A DNA stretch of 64,000 nt, from NCBI GenBank assembly GCA_964537035.1, contig CAZIAK010000002.1:32901-96900 (forward strand), given 5' to 3'. The position numbers were made by a program, and so were the translations under genes. This document shows, in pieces, positions 38,901 to 47,412 of the stretch (positions are counted from its first letter, which is position 1; every line of letters starts with the position of its first letter). The notes below the pieces were generated by a model. It had not been told where the DNA came from, did no database searches, and worked only from the letters and a program-made list of their open reading frames with translations. Source of the DNA: an uncultured Phycisphaerales bacterium (GTDB lineage Bacteria > Planctomycetota > B15-G4).

Positions 38901-39680
38901 GGCGCGGGCTTCGGTTTCGACGGGGCCTGCGCCGTGCACACGCACATGACCAACACGCGCATCACCGATCCCGAGGTGCTCGAGCAACGACACCCGGTGG
39001 TGCTGCGGCGTTTTGCCGTGCGCCGAGGGTCGGGGGGCCAGGGTGTGTGGCGCGGCGGCGATGGCGTGCTGCGTGAACTCGAGTTCACTCGCCCGCTGAC
39101 GGCGTCCCTGCTCGCCGAGCGCCGACGGCACCCGCCCTTTGGTCTGCACGGTGGCGGCAGTGGTCAGAGCGGGCAACAAGCCCTCACCCATCGCGGGGTG
39201 CTCCTGCTCACACCGGGGGGCGGCGGCTACGTCCCCACCCAGGAGCAGTGGGCAGCCATGGACGGCACCCTGGCCCGTCAGCTCTTTCGTGAGCAGCGCT
39301 GGACTGGCCCCACCGCGGGCATCGCGATCCACCGACCCCACGCTCATTTGAGCGTGGTCGCCTCTGCTGAGGCGGACGAGGCGGAAACACTGCTCAGGAA
39401 GGGGCGTGAGCTGCTGCACCGTTCAGCCCCAGGCGTGTCCACACTGCGCCATGCCGGGTCGAACATCGAACTCACCACCGACTTGCCTGCGTACGTTCTT
39501 CGCGGCAACTCAGGCCCAGGGTCGAGCGCCAAACCCTCGGCCCGGCTGCAGCCGGACAGTGATCACGTCTATTTTCTGACGCTGGCAGCGCGTCATGACG
39601 AGGCCGCGCCCCCCTTGCCCATGCCGCACCACTCCGGGGCCGACGGACGCCTGCTGATTCTTGACCCGCAGGACCACTGA
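35904..39680 (+). CDS. 5-oxoprolinase (ATP-hydrolysing), fused hydantoinase A/B type
   Basis: 1258 aa. [18 protein letters not shown]-terminus (HyuA-like) and a C-terminal hydantoinase B region ([25 protein letters not shown]). Confidence 0.9.
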   Translation: MGWRIFLDRGGTFTDVVAEDARGRVHVEKLLSAPADGSDPLATATAGRVVDELRMGTTVATNALLERQGARVLLLTTKGFGDILEIASQERPDIFALQIHKRQLLHEAVAEIDERILVDGQIERPLDSGAVRQAASGFDHVAVLFMHSWINPAHELAAEVALKAAGVSHVTLSHRVAAQIGLVARGDTTMADAYLTPLLRASVARAAGAQRRVLCMQSSGGLTSAEHFSGKDAILSGPAGGVVACAEVARASGAEKLIGLDMGGTSTDVCRYDGSFERVYESVTAGVRLATPMLNIVTVAAGGGSILTEQDGRWRVGPASAGANPGPACYGRGGPATVTDANLVLGRLRPEFFPHLNLDVRAATERLAAFGEPRAAAQGFIAIAVDNMAAAIRRISVGRGYDPREYALCAFGGAGGQHACAVARELGMTKVILHPLAGVLSAYGIGLADVSHHAVTPLTTAGFDGAPVFPVEQARAALGDEPFEHIDVLRSIDVRYVGGHSTLNVPWGDDWRDAFALEHRQTFGFDRPGHGLEITAARVDAIGRVPGLPLPTKPGVAHVPEPFQAPGHGGDQAVYRRQDLSGGATFDGPALVVEDNATTVVEAGWTATIDDHGQLLLHDHGATAPQLSGQRDPVTLEVMSNLFMSMATQMGEHLRRVAHSTNIKERLDFSCALFDGAGQLVANAPHIPVHLGAMGETVRQLMADHDLQDGDAWLINDPYRGGSHLPDLTVVTPLFRDGRLACLVANRGHHADVGGSTPGSMPTDSTSLADEGALFSGQLLLRDGRLIEDEVRAVFDSAGTRDTDERMADLAAQVAANREGARLFQEVCDRHGTHIIAAWMDHVLDNGAEVMADVVSRLGSGQFADRLDDGSVVAVSITVNEGRALIDFSGTSPALRGNLNAPRAVTRAAVLYVFRTLAARDIPLNEGCARVLDIVIPEGSLLDPPSPHAVVGGNVETSQRVVDVLYGALGVLAAAQGTMNNLTFGDDSFGYYETVCGGAGAGFGFDGACAVHTHMTNTRITDPEVLEQRHPVVLRRFAVRRGSGGQGVWRGGDGVLRELEFTRPLTASLLAERRRHPPFGLHGGGSGQSGQQALTHRGVLLLTPGGGGYVPTQEQWAAMDGTLARQLFREQRWTGPTAGIAIHRPHAHLSVVASAEADEAETLLRKGRELLHRSAPGVSTLRHAGSNIELTTDLPAYVLRGNSGPGSSAKPSARLQPDSDHVYFLTLAARHDEAAPPLPMPHHSGADGRLLILDPQDH

Positions 39681-39725
39681 TAGGTTGCTCTTACCTCTCG
39701 CATGAGAGGTGCTAACCTCTTCGCC

Positions 39726-40007
39726 ATGGCTACCGGACCTTCTCCCGCGCTCCTCGAAGATCCACGATTCGACGACGTGGTCTCCACCGCTGCACGACGC
39801 CAAGGGCTGACACCCGAGTTCGAAGAGTCCATTCGGCAACTCGTCAGTGGCAGCGCAGACCCAGGCTCGTTCGGCTGCTGCAACTGCGGCTGTCGCCCCT
39901 GCTCAAAAGACTTCCTGCGCGCCGCCGAAGAGGTCCTGAAAACCCTGGCCGATCCTCCGGCCAAGCCCGCCTGGTGGCAACGCCTCCTAGGCCGGGACAA
40001 GAGCTGA
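39726..40007 (+). CDS. Small Cys-cluster protein (FGCCNCGCRPC), hypothetical
   Basis: 94 aa from MATGPSPALL. It lies 45 nt downstream of the oxoprolinase gene on the same strand and has good GC3. No homology is recognised. Confidence 0.4.
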   Translation: MATGPSPALLEDPRFDDVVSTAARRQGLTPEFEESIRQLVSGSADPGSFGCCNCGCRPCSKDFLRAAEEVLKTLADPPAKPAWWQRLLGRDKS

Positions 40008-40019
40008 CAAACCTCCGAA

Positions 40020-40140
40020 GCCGTTGGCCACCGGCCTCACCGGGGACTGCGTCACCAAGAAACGAACTCCCCCAAAGGCCAACGTCGCCTCTCTCCACCG
40101 GGGAGGGCGTCCCTCGCCACCAAGAGAGCGACCAGTAGCG
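40020..40140. repeat. Two direct, degenerate copies of a dispersed intergenic repeat unit (CTCTCCACCGGGGAGGGCGTCCCTCGCCACCAAG-like) related to the palindromic element at 54.6 kb
   Basis: 40028 ccaccggcctcaccggggactgcgtcaccaag and 40091 ctctctccaccggggagggcgtccctcgccaccaagagagcg, compared with 54619 tctctccaccggcgagggtgtccctgattctcaccaagg. Confidence 0.45.
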
Positions 40141-40147
40141 CTGCCCC

Positions 40148-43100
40148 CTACCCTGGGTCAAGACTGATGAAGCCCTCTGCATCGATGCGCACGATGAGCT
40201 CTGTATCGAGCACCGGCAAGCCAGCCTCACCCCTCGACGAAGCCTCGTCGGTGCTCGCAACGCGCAACACACTGGCACCGCTGACCCGCAGCCGCCCCGG
40301 CGAACCGGGTGGCAACTCGGCACCTGTCTCTGGGTCGATCACATCGATGGACACGCCGGGCAGGGGGTGCCCCACGGTCCCCTCTCGATGGCCCTTCTGA
40401 AACACGCCTTCCTGGCGCACGTCGGGGATGTTCATGGCCACCACCGAGCTGGCCCCCTCCAACGACAGCAGGGCCATGGGACGGAGGCCAAAGGCGTCGG
40501 CAAACGATGACAACGTGGCAGCATCGGGCACCCCGTCGCCACAGGTCACCAGGCGCAGTCCACCCAACGTGTCCGGGCGCGCGTGGGCGATGAGCTCTTC
40601 GAGAAGGGACGGTGTGGCAGGCAACAGGGTCAGGTTCAGGCTCTGCACCAGCTTGCCGACCGCGCGCCCGGGGCTGTCCTGCCCCGCTTCAGGCCAGGCC
40701 ATGGGCAGGCCCGCCAGGAGCGGCAGCCACTGGGCCATCACCAGCCCGTGGCAGCGGGACGTGGACAGCCAGGCCATCAGGGCGTCGTCGCCGGTGAGGC
40801 CCATCACCTGGCGCAGTCCCTCGACCTTGACCCGCAGCTGAAAGTGGCTGTGTTGAGAAAGGACGGCGCCGTTGAGCAGGGCAACCGCCGGGTCGCTGGA
40901 GCGAGCCGGCCGTCCTCTGCAGGCCAGGGCCGCCGCCAGTCGACCGGGGAGCAGGGCCAAGACGCCGACGACCAGGCGCTCCCGGGCCCCGCCCTGCCCG
41001 GGCACCAGCTCATCGAAGCGCAGGGGCAGCGCCACCTGCGGCGTCGAGGCCTCGGGCCCGTCGCCTCGGGGGCTCACATCGATCTGCGCCTCGCAGCCTG
41101 CCGCCTCCAGGGCCGCACCGTCTCCCGCTTCGGCGATCAAGCAGGGCACACGCCCTGCCAGCAGCAACGCCAGCTGGGTCACCAGGCCATTGATGCCGGG
41201 AGGCCCCACAACGGCCACCACTCGAGCCGCTCCCAGGCGTGGGTGCAACCTGCGAGCCAGCAGTACAGAGCGAGCCAACAACCGTGCCACGGAGAGACTG
41301 CGCCGACCGTCGTGCAAGGTCTTGCCGAAGCTGCGCCGCCCCTCGTGCAGCAGGGTGATGTGCAGGGGCTTCCAGTCGCGCTGACGGTGAGCCCAGGCCT
41401 CGCTGGAGAGCTTGCGGATGGCGTGACGCACCGTGGCCGGCTCGCTCGTAGGCGGCAGGGCCTCCCCGTAGGTCACGGTCACCGGGTAGGGCAACGAGCG
41501 GGGGATCTTGAACAGGAACCGCCCGCCCTCGTGACTGAGCGCCGAACCCCACAAGCCGCCCAGGTGCACGGGGATGATCGGTGCCTCCCGCCCTGCGATC
41601 ACCTTCTGGAAGCCGGTGCGAAACGGGAGCATGTGCCCCAGGCGCGTCACCGCACCCTCGCCGAAGATGACCACCAGCTTGCCCTCGTCGAGCAGATCGC
41701 CAGCCCGGCGCAACGACTCGCGGGTCAGCGCCGGGTCGTCCCCCGAGGCCACGGGGATGCAGCCCACCAGCTTGAACAGCCAGTGCATGGGCCACCACTC
41801 GTAGTAGCCCCGGTACATCAAGAAGTGCATCCCGCGCCGGGTGGTCGCCGACAAGATCAACGCGTCGACCCAGCTCACGTGGTTGACCAGCAGCAGGGCA
41901 CCGCCGGTCCTGGGCAGCCGCTCTTCGTGGAGCACGTTGATGCGATAGAAGGTGTGGGCCAACAGCCAGGCGATGAAGCGCAGGAAGGCGTAGGGCAGCA
42001 GACGCAGGCTGACAAAGGTGCCGGCGAAGGCCAGGCCTGCGATGACCAAGAACTGCTGCCTGAAGCTGAACTCGAAGGCCCTTGGCAGCCAAAGAAAAAG
42101 GGCCGAGAGGGCGATGCCCAGAAAGCCCACCATGTTGCCGAAGGCCAGAAAGCGCCCCTTCTGTCCCTCGGGTGCGGACTGCTGCAACAGGGCCCAGAGG
42201 GGCACGATGTACAGACCGCCGGCCATGCCCATGACCAGACAGGCAGCGAAGGGCGCCCACAAGCCCCGGACCAACAGCTGGTTGAGCACAGCTTGCACCG
42301 AGCCCCCGTCGACCGCAGCCATCCATTGGGCCCAGTCGCTGGGGAGGGGCACGGGCACCACCTCGACCAGGGCCAGGCCCAGCAAACCCACGCTCATGGT
42401 CAAGGCGCCCAGAGGCACCAGCCCCAGCTCGACCCGGCCGCCAGACCAGCGACCGGCCAGCACCGAGCCCAGGCCAATGCCCAGGGTCGCCGTGGCAGCG
42501 AGAGAGCCTGCGCCGGCCCTGCTGGTCAGCTGCAGCTCTTGCAAGGCGTAGTCGGGCAGGTTGATCTGCAGACAGGCCACGAGCAGATAGAAGTGCATGT
42601 TGCCGAGAATCGTGAACAGCAGGGTGCGGTCGGCCAATACGACCTTGGCGGTCTCGGCCAGGTCGGGCAAGGGGTTGCGCACCAGACGCAGCCCCGGGTG
42701 GGCGGCTGCGACCATGGGCACTCCCATGGCCACCACCGTGCCCACCGCGGCGAAGCCCACGAACCAAAACGCGCCGATGGCCAACGAGTCGGCGTAGGCG
42801 TCCGAGATGAACCCGCCGGCGACCTGCCCGGCCACGATGGCGACCATGGTGGTCAGCTGCACCAGGCCGTTGGCCCGCACCAGGCTGCGCTCGTCGATGG
42901 TCTCGGCCAGGTAGCCGTACTTGGCCGGGCCGAAGAAGGCGCTCTGGGTGCTCATGAACAAGAGCACCACCAGCAGCAGCCACAGCTCACCGGTGGCGAA
43001 GGCCGCCACTCCTGCGAGCATGACCAACACCTCGCCCACCTTGGCCCAGCGGATCACTTGGGTCTTGGAGACCCTGTCCGCCACCGAGCCAGCCAGGGCC

Positions 43101-43291
43101 GCGAAGACCACGAACGGCATGGCGAACAACAGCTGAGAGGCTCCGAACCAGCGCCCCTTCTCCGCCTCGTCGATGGCCATGGCCTGGATGAAGAAGATCA
43201 CAGCGAAGCGGAAGGCATTGTCGTTGAAGGCCCCCAGAAACTGGGTGCACAGATACGACGAGAATCCGCGGGTCTTGAGACCGAGGGCCAT
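40148..43291 (-). CDS. Triple fusion of an MFS lysophospholipid transporter (LplT-like), a PlsC-type acyltransferase and an acyl-ACP synthetase/AMP-binding domain (Aas-like)
   Basis: 1047 aa. The N-terminal roughly 400 aa form about 12 TM helices. The acyltransferase H-x4-D motif is LVNHVSWVDAL. The C-terminal AMP-binding-like region is LVTCGDG...GHPLPGVSIDVIDPETGAEL. Confidence 0.85.
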   Translation of the reverse strand: MALGLKTRGFSSYLCTQFLGAFNDNAFRFAVIFFIQAMAIDEAEKGRWFGASQLLFAMPFVVFAALAGSVADRVSKTQVIRWAKVGEVLVMLAGVAAFATGELWLLLVVLLFMSTQSAFFGPAKYGYLAETIDERSLVRANGLVQLTTMVAIVAGQVAGGFISDAYADSLAIGAFWFVGFAAVGTVVAMGVPMVAAAHPGLRLVRNPLPDLAETAKVVLADRTLLFTILGNMHFYLLVACLQINLPDYALQELQLTSRAGAGSLAATATLGIGLGSVLAGRWSGGRVELGLVPLGALTMSVGLLGLALVEVVPVPLPSDWAQWMAAVDGGSVQAVLNQLLVRGLWAPFAACLVMGMAGGLYIVPLWALLQQSAPEGQKGRFLAFGNMVGFLGIALSALFLWLPRAFEFSFRQQFLVIAGLAFAGTFVSLRLLPYAFLRFIAWLLAHTFYRINVLHEERLPRTGGALLLVNHVSWVDALILSATTRRGMHFLMYRGYYEWWPMHWLFKLVGCIPVASGDDPALTRESLRRAGDLLDEGKLVVIFGEGAVTRLGHMLPFRTGFQKVIAGREAPIIPVHLGGLWGSALSHEGGRFLFKIPRSLPYPVTVTYGEALPPTSEPATVRHAIRKLSSEAWAHRQRDWKPLHITLLHEGRRSFGKTLHDGRRSLSVARLLARSVLLARRLHPRLGAARVVAVVGPPGINGLVTQLALLLAGRVPCLIAEAGDGAALEAAGCEAQIDVSPRGDGPEASTPQVALPLRFDELVPGQGGARERLVVGVLALLPGRLAAALACRGRPARSSDPAVALLNGAVLSQHSHFQLRVKVEGLRQVMGLTGDDALMAWLSTSRCHGLVMAQWLPLLAGLPMAWPEAGQDSPGRAVGKLVQSLNLTLLPATPSLLEELIAHARPDTLGGLRLVTCGDGVPDAATLSSFADAFGLRPMALLSLEGASSVVAMNIPDVRQEGVFQKGHREGTVGHPLPGVSIDVIDPETGAELPPGSPGRLRVSGASVLRVASTDEASSRGEAGLPVLDTELIVRIDAEGFISLDPG

Positions 43292-43323
43292 GGCCGCACA
43301 GTCTAGCGACCGGAGCCGGTGTT

Positions 43324-44241
43324 ATGATCCCGGCCATGAACACCCAGGACGCACACACCCATTTCTTTGGCCACAGCTTCTTCTCCACCCTGGCCAAGCT
43401 CTCCCCCCGCCCGGACGACGAAGACACGTTGCTCGCAGAGGTTTCCGAGCGGGCAGGCCTCGAGATTCCTGACGCCGATCCCATCGCCCACGCCGATCGC
43501 TGGCTGGCCGAAATGGACACGTCCCAGGTGCAGCGCATGGTCACCTTCGCCAGCCTGCCCACCGAGGCGGAGGCGGTGGCGGCCGCGGCGCGGCACGGGG
43601 CAGGACGGCTTGTGCCCTACACAGTGGTCGATCCCACGGCAGAGAAGTCCCTGGCATTTGCCGAGAAGGCCCTCTCTGAGATGGGCTTCCGGGGCCTGCT
43701 GCTGTTTCCGGCCATGCACCATTTTGATGTCTCCGGAGCGGCCATGGACCCCTTCTATGACCTGGCCCACCAGCACAACGCCCCCATCGTGGTGCACTGT
43801 GGCGTGTTGCAGGTGAAGCTTCGCGACCTGGTCGGGCTGCCCCGTCCCTACGACCTCTCTTACGCGAACCCCCTGTCGGTGATTCCGGCTGGCAACCGCT
43901 TTCCCGAGCTGACCTTCGTCATCCCCCACTTCGGGGGCGGCTTCTTCAGGGAGGCGCTCATGGCGGGGCTGCAGTGCGAGAACGTCATGCTCGACAGCTC
44001 GTCCAGCAACAGCTGGATGGTCAGCGACCCGGGCATGCTCAGCCTCTCACGGATCTTCCGCAAGGTCATCGACGCCATCGGGGCAGACCGCATCCTGTTC
44101 GGCACGGACTCGTGCACCTTCCCCCGGGGTTACCGCACGGACATCCGCGATCTGCAGCTCGAGGCCTTGCGCAGCGCGGGGGCCACGGACGGCCAGATCA
44201 CCCGGATCTACAGCGAAAACATGCTGGCCCTGCTGCCCTGA
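43324..44241 (+). CDS. Amidohydrolase-2 family (TIM-barrel metal-dependent hydrolase)
   Basis: Metal-ligand motif MNTQDAHTHFF. GGAG lies 8 nt upstream of the ATG at 43324. Confidence 0.75.
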   Translation: MIPAMNTQDAHTHFFGHSFFSTLAKLSPRPDDEDTLLAEVSERAGLEIPDADPIAHADRWLAEMDTSQVQRMVTFASLPTEAEAVAAAARHGAGRLVPYTVVDPTAEKSLAFAEKALSEMGFRGLLLFPAMHHFDVSGAAMDPFYDLAHQHNAPIVVHCGVLQVKLRDLVGLPRPYDLSYANPLSVIPAGNRFPELTFVIPHFGGGFFREALMAGLQCENVMLDSSSSNSWMVSDPGMLSLSRIFRKVIDAIGADRILFGTDSCTFPRGYRTDIRDLQLEALRSAGATDGQITRIYSENMLALLP

Positions 44242-44297
44242 CCTCGTTGCCTTGACCCTCTACGGCAGCTGGTCAGACAAGCCCTCGCCCACCGTGC

Positions 44298-44783
44298 TCA
44301 GTCGCTCGGGCCGTCGCCCCCTTCGTCGTCACCGATGGCGGCGTCGGCGACCACCGCCGGACCGGCCAGGCGCTTGGCCGCCAGGTTTTCACCCAGTTCG
44401 GCAAGGGTCATGGCGAAGACCTTCTCCATGAGCTGCTTCTTGAAGTGCTTCCATTCTTCGTGCATCGGGCAGGGCTGATCGTCGTTGCAGTCAGCGAGCC
44501 CCACCACGCAGCGCTGGGTCACATCGATGCCGTCGAGGGCCTCGACCACGTCGTGCACATTGACTTCCACAGCCGGTCGAGCCAGGCGAAAGCCCCCTCC
44601 GCGACCCTTGGCCGAGTTGAGCAGGTCAGCTCGGGCCAGGCGATGGAGGATCTTTCCCAGGAACTGGCGAGGAACAGAAGTGACATCGGCCAGGTCTCGG
44701 GCGAGGATGCGCTCGCCTTCTTCGAGGGTCGAGATATGGGCCAAGGCCCGAATGGCATACTCGATGGTGGCGGAGTAGATCAT
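44298..44783 (-). CDS. Rrf2-family transcriptional regulator with a three-Cys cluster-binding motif (IscR/NsrR-like)
   Basis: MIYSATIEYAIRALAHIS winged helix. CVVGLADCNDDQPC (C-x6-C-x5-C). Confidence 0.85.
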   Translation of the reverse strand: MIYSATIEYAIRALAHISTLEEGERILARDLADVTSVPRQFLGKILHRLARADLLNSAKGRGGGFRLARPAVEVNVHDVVEALDGIDVTQRCVVGLADCNDDQPCPMHEEWKHFKKQLMEKVFAMTLAELGENLAAKRLAGPAVVADAAIGDDEGGDGPSD

Positions 44784-44843
44784 CTCATGCGTCTCTCGGG
44801 CTTCTCTTGAGCTGGCGTAGCCAAGGCTGGCACCGGCGCACTC

Positions 44844-44857
44844 GCCAACCGGTCGGC
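44844..44857. promoter_or_regulatory. Imperfect palindrome GCCAACCGGTCGGC in the divergent promoter region between the Rrf2 regulator and the ytxJ-like gene; candidate operator
   Basis: 12 of 14 positions are self-complementary, and it sits in a 121-bp divergent intergenic region. No consensus comparison was possible. Confidence 0.2.
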
Positions 44858-44904
44858 AGCAGCTTACCACCGACACTCACCGTCCCCAGGGCCTTCTCTG
44901 CACC

Positions 44905-45237
44905 ATGAGCCAGACTTCGCTCCACTCTCTCGAGTCCTTCCAGGAGAACCTGGTCGCCCATCCCCGGGTCCTGCTCTTCAAGCACTCGCCTATCTGCCCT
45001 GTCAGCGACGAAGCCCACAGCCACTGGCAGGCTTTTCTGGGGGATCACCCCGAGGTGCCCACCCTGTTCGTGGACGTGATCGCCGATCGCCCCGTGGCCC
45101 GGGGGCTGGCCCAGGAGTGCGGTGTGGCCCATGCCTCGCCCCAGGCCATCCTTTTCTCCCATGGTGTGGCGGTCTGGGATGCCTCTCACGGGGGCATCAC
45201 GGCCGAGACCCTGCGCAGCGCGTGGGCGGCTGACTGA
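44905..45237 (+). CDS. Thioredoxin-fold monothiol protein of the YtxJ (DUF2847, bacilliredoxin-like) family
   Basis: LLFKHSPICPVSDEA matches the T/S-C-P-[IV]-S active-site motif of the YtxJ family. 110 aa. Confidence 0.7.
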   Translation: MSQTSLHSLESFQENLVAHPRVLLFKHSPICPVSDEAHSHWQAFLGDHPEVPTLFVDVIADRPVARGLAQECGVAHASPQAILFSHGVAVWDASHGGITAETLRSAWAAD

Positions 45238-45241
45238 GCCC

Positions 45242-45850
45242 ATGGGACCGCCCCTGGCCCACCGCCGAGCACTGCCCCAGCAACGGGCCCGGCACCTGCC
45301 AGGGGCGCTGCTGCTCGCTGCGGCTCTCGGCGGCCTGCCAGCCTGCGATGCGTCAGAAGCGCCCGACGCCGCCCTGGCCACCAAGACCTCGGCGCCGCCG
45401 CCCCCCATCGCCGAGCCTGCGAGTGACCCGTCTCGCTCCACGTTTGCCGGCGACTGGTGGGTGCTCTGCACCGAGCTGCCCCACCAGGCCTTCAAGCTGT
45501 CGCTGCTCGCCCCCCAGGAAGGGGAGGGCTTCTGGGAGGGCTCCTGGATCTCCTTCGACTGGCGCGGCACCGCCCACCAGGGCGCCTTGACCCGGGCCTC
45601 CGCCGCCGTGGCGGTGAGCGCCCACCAAGGGGCGGACGGCACCATCATCATCACGGGCCCGGTCCCCCAGATTGATGCCCAGGGGCTCCCCACAGGAGAC
45701 ACGGGCGACTGGGAACTCACCGTGCAGCGCATCAGCCTGTCCGGGCAACCCCTGCGCTACTCGGGCTCGATGCGTCACAGCGAGACAGCCGACCTGGCCG
45801 TGCCGCTGGCTGTCGAGCTGGAGACCAGCTTCAGGCCCTGGGCTCGCTGA
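45242..45850 (+). CDS. Lipoprotein, hypothetical
   Basis: Start MGPPLAHRRALPQQRARHLPGALLLAAALGGLPAC (signal and lipobox-like). No recognised domain. Confidence 0.55.
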   Translation: MGPPLAHRRALPQQRARHLPGALLLAAALGGLPACDASEAPDAALATKTSAPPPPIAEPASDPSRSTFAGDWWVLCTELPHQAFKLSLLAPQEGEGFWEGSWISFDWRGTAHQGALTRASAAVAVSAHQGADGTIIITGPVPQIDAQGLPTGDTGDWELTVQRISLSGQPLRYSGSMRHSETADLAVPLAVELETSFRPWAR

Positions 45851-45950
45851 GGCAAAGGCGGGTGGCTGAGCCCGCGGCGGGGTACGGGGCCCGGGCGCGA
45901 TCGACGCAGCACCCGGTGAGCGCCCCTTGGACCCGCCGAGCTGCCGACGC

Positions 45951-46871
45951 TCAGGGACGCCGGGGCTTGTTGCGCCCCCCACTGTTCATGGCCGCCATGG
46001 CTTCGGTGTCCATGGGACCGGGCGGCACCTTGAGCTTGCCCAGATCATCGGCGAAGAGCTTCTTGTGCTTCTTGAACCAGTCGTGCCAGTCCTGCTGGTA
46101 GTTCTGGCCAAACGACGGCGGCGCCCGCTCGACGTTGATGGCGAAGGCGGACAAGGCGTCGTGCAGCGTGCGCGCCAGCCCCGCCAGGAGCCGCTCGCCC
46201 GGTGACGTGCCTCCCAGGGTCGACGCGCTGTAGACCGTGGTCTGCTTGATCACCAGCTCGACCGCCTCCTGTGAGCCCAAGGTCAGCAGGGCCGTCACCG
46301 CCGGGCGCACCAGGGTCTGGGACACGGTCTCGAGCTGCCCCCCTGGCCGCAAGACCCGCAGCTCGGTCTCGAGCACAGCGACGGAGCGGTCGTCCGGGTA
46401 GTTGCCCAAGGTGGCGCAGGTGGTCCGGTACACCTCGAGCGCTCCCCTGTACAAGGCTCGGCTCTCATCGTCCGGGCGGGTGGAGGTCCGCTCCATGATG
46501 GCCCGCAGGAACTCGAGGCTCTCATCGCAAGCGTCAATGACCGTGGCCACTTCTCGACCCCAGGAGAGCGCTGTCATGGCCGCGTTGCACACACCCATGT
46601 CGTCATCGTCCAACGCCTCGGCCAGGGTCCTGGCCACCAACTTCTCGGCGCCCCCCTCCTCTTCGAGCTCGCGAGTGCCCTCGGAGTAGGCCAAGACGGC
46701 TTCGATACGTACCGAGGCGTCCTTGCTCTTGAGCCCCTTCTTGAAGGCTGCCCGCAGCGCCTTTTCGGTGGCTGGCTTGTCGAGAGATGCGCTCTGACCG
46801 AAAACCTGCAGAGGAGCACAGATCAGGCCGGCCAGGAGCAGCCACGGGACGGCACATCGTCGGATGAACAT
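45951..46871 (-). CDS. Secreted HEAT-like repeat protein, hypothetical
   Basis: Signal peptide MFIRRCAVPWLLLAGLICAPLQVFGQ. HEAT-like DASVRIEAVLAYSEG and DMGVCNAAMTALSWG. GAGGA upstream of the ATG. Confidence 0.6.
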   Translation of the reverse strand: MFIRRCAVPWLLLAGLICAPLQVFGQSASLDKPATEKALRAAFKKGLKSKDASVRIEAVLAYSEGTRELEEEGGAEKLVARTLAEALDDDDMGVCNAAMTALSWGREVATVIDACDESLEFLRAIMERTSTRPDDESRALYRGALEVYRTTCATLGNYPDDRSVAVLETELRVLRPGGQLETVSQTLVRPAVTALLTLGSQEAVELVIKQTTVYSASTLGGTSPGERLLAGLARTLHDALSAFAINVERAPPSFGQNYQQDWHDWFKKHKKLFADDLGKLKVPPGPMDTEAMAAMNSGGRNKPRRP

Positions 46872-47073
46872 GGGGAGAGTCCTCGAAAACCGCGGGCAAA
46901 GATCGGCCGGCCCGGCAGTGTAACCGGTGGGGCCTGAGCCACCGACGTATGGCACAGGTCAGATCATGACAGTCCGGTCCGCAGCCCACTCCACGGACTG
47001 CCGGACCCAGACGAGGACGGCGAGGGTCCCATGCCCTACAATCTGCCGCCTTCTCTGCCAGCCCCTCTGGGCC

Positions 47074-47406
47074 ATGGCGTGCCCCCCTTTTCTGGAGTCC
47101 CCTGTGGCCCTCACGAACATCGGCTCTGTCGACAACTTCCCCATCGGCAAGGGCGTCTGCATCGAGGTGGACGGCAAGCGCATCGCCATCTTCAACACCA
47201 CCGGCCAGTACTACGGCATCGACGATCAGTGCCCCCACGCCAACGGCTCCTTCGCCGAGGGCACGCTGTCCGGCTTCAAGGTGACCTGCCCGCTCCACGG
47301 CGCCACCGCCGACGTCCGGGTGGGCGTCTGCACACCCCCCGCCCGTGAAGACGTGGAGACCTACGAAGTGAGCAGCGACGGCAAAGAGCTCTTCATCGCC
47401 CTCTGA
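47074..47406 (+). CDS. Small Rieske [2Fe-2S] domain protein (NirD/BphF-like ferredoxin)
   Basis: CPH-(16 aa)-CPLH ligand boxes (QCPHANGSFAEGTLSGFKVTCPLHGA). 110 aa from MACPPFLES. Confidence 0.8.
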   Translation: MACPPFLESPVALTNIGSVDNFPIGKGVCIEVDGKRIAIFNTTGQYYGIDDQCPHANGSFAEGTLSGFKVTCPLHGATADVRVGVCTPPAREDVETYEVSSDGKELFIAL

Positions 47407-47412
47407 CCGCGC

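Noticed and set aside
40583-43306. 907-aa plus-strand ORF opposite the LplT-Aas fusion
   Set aside because: Antisense shadow ORF with Q/H/G/R-rich composition.
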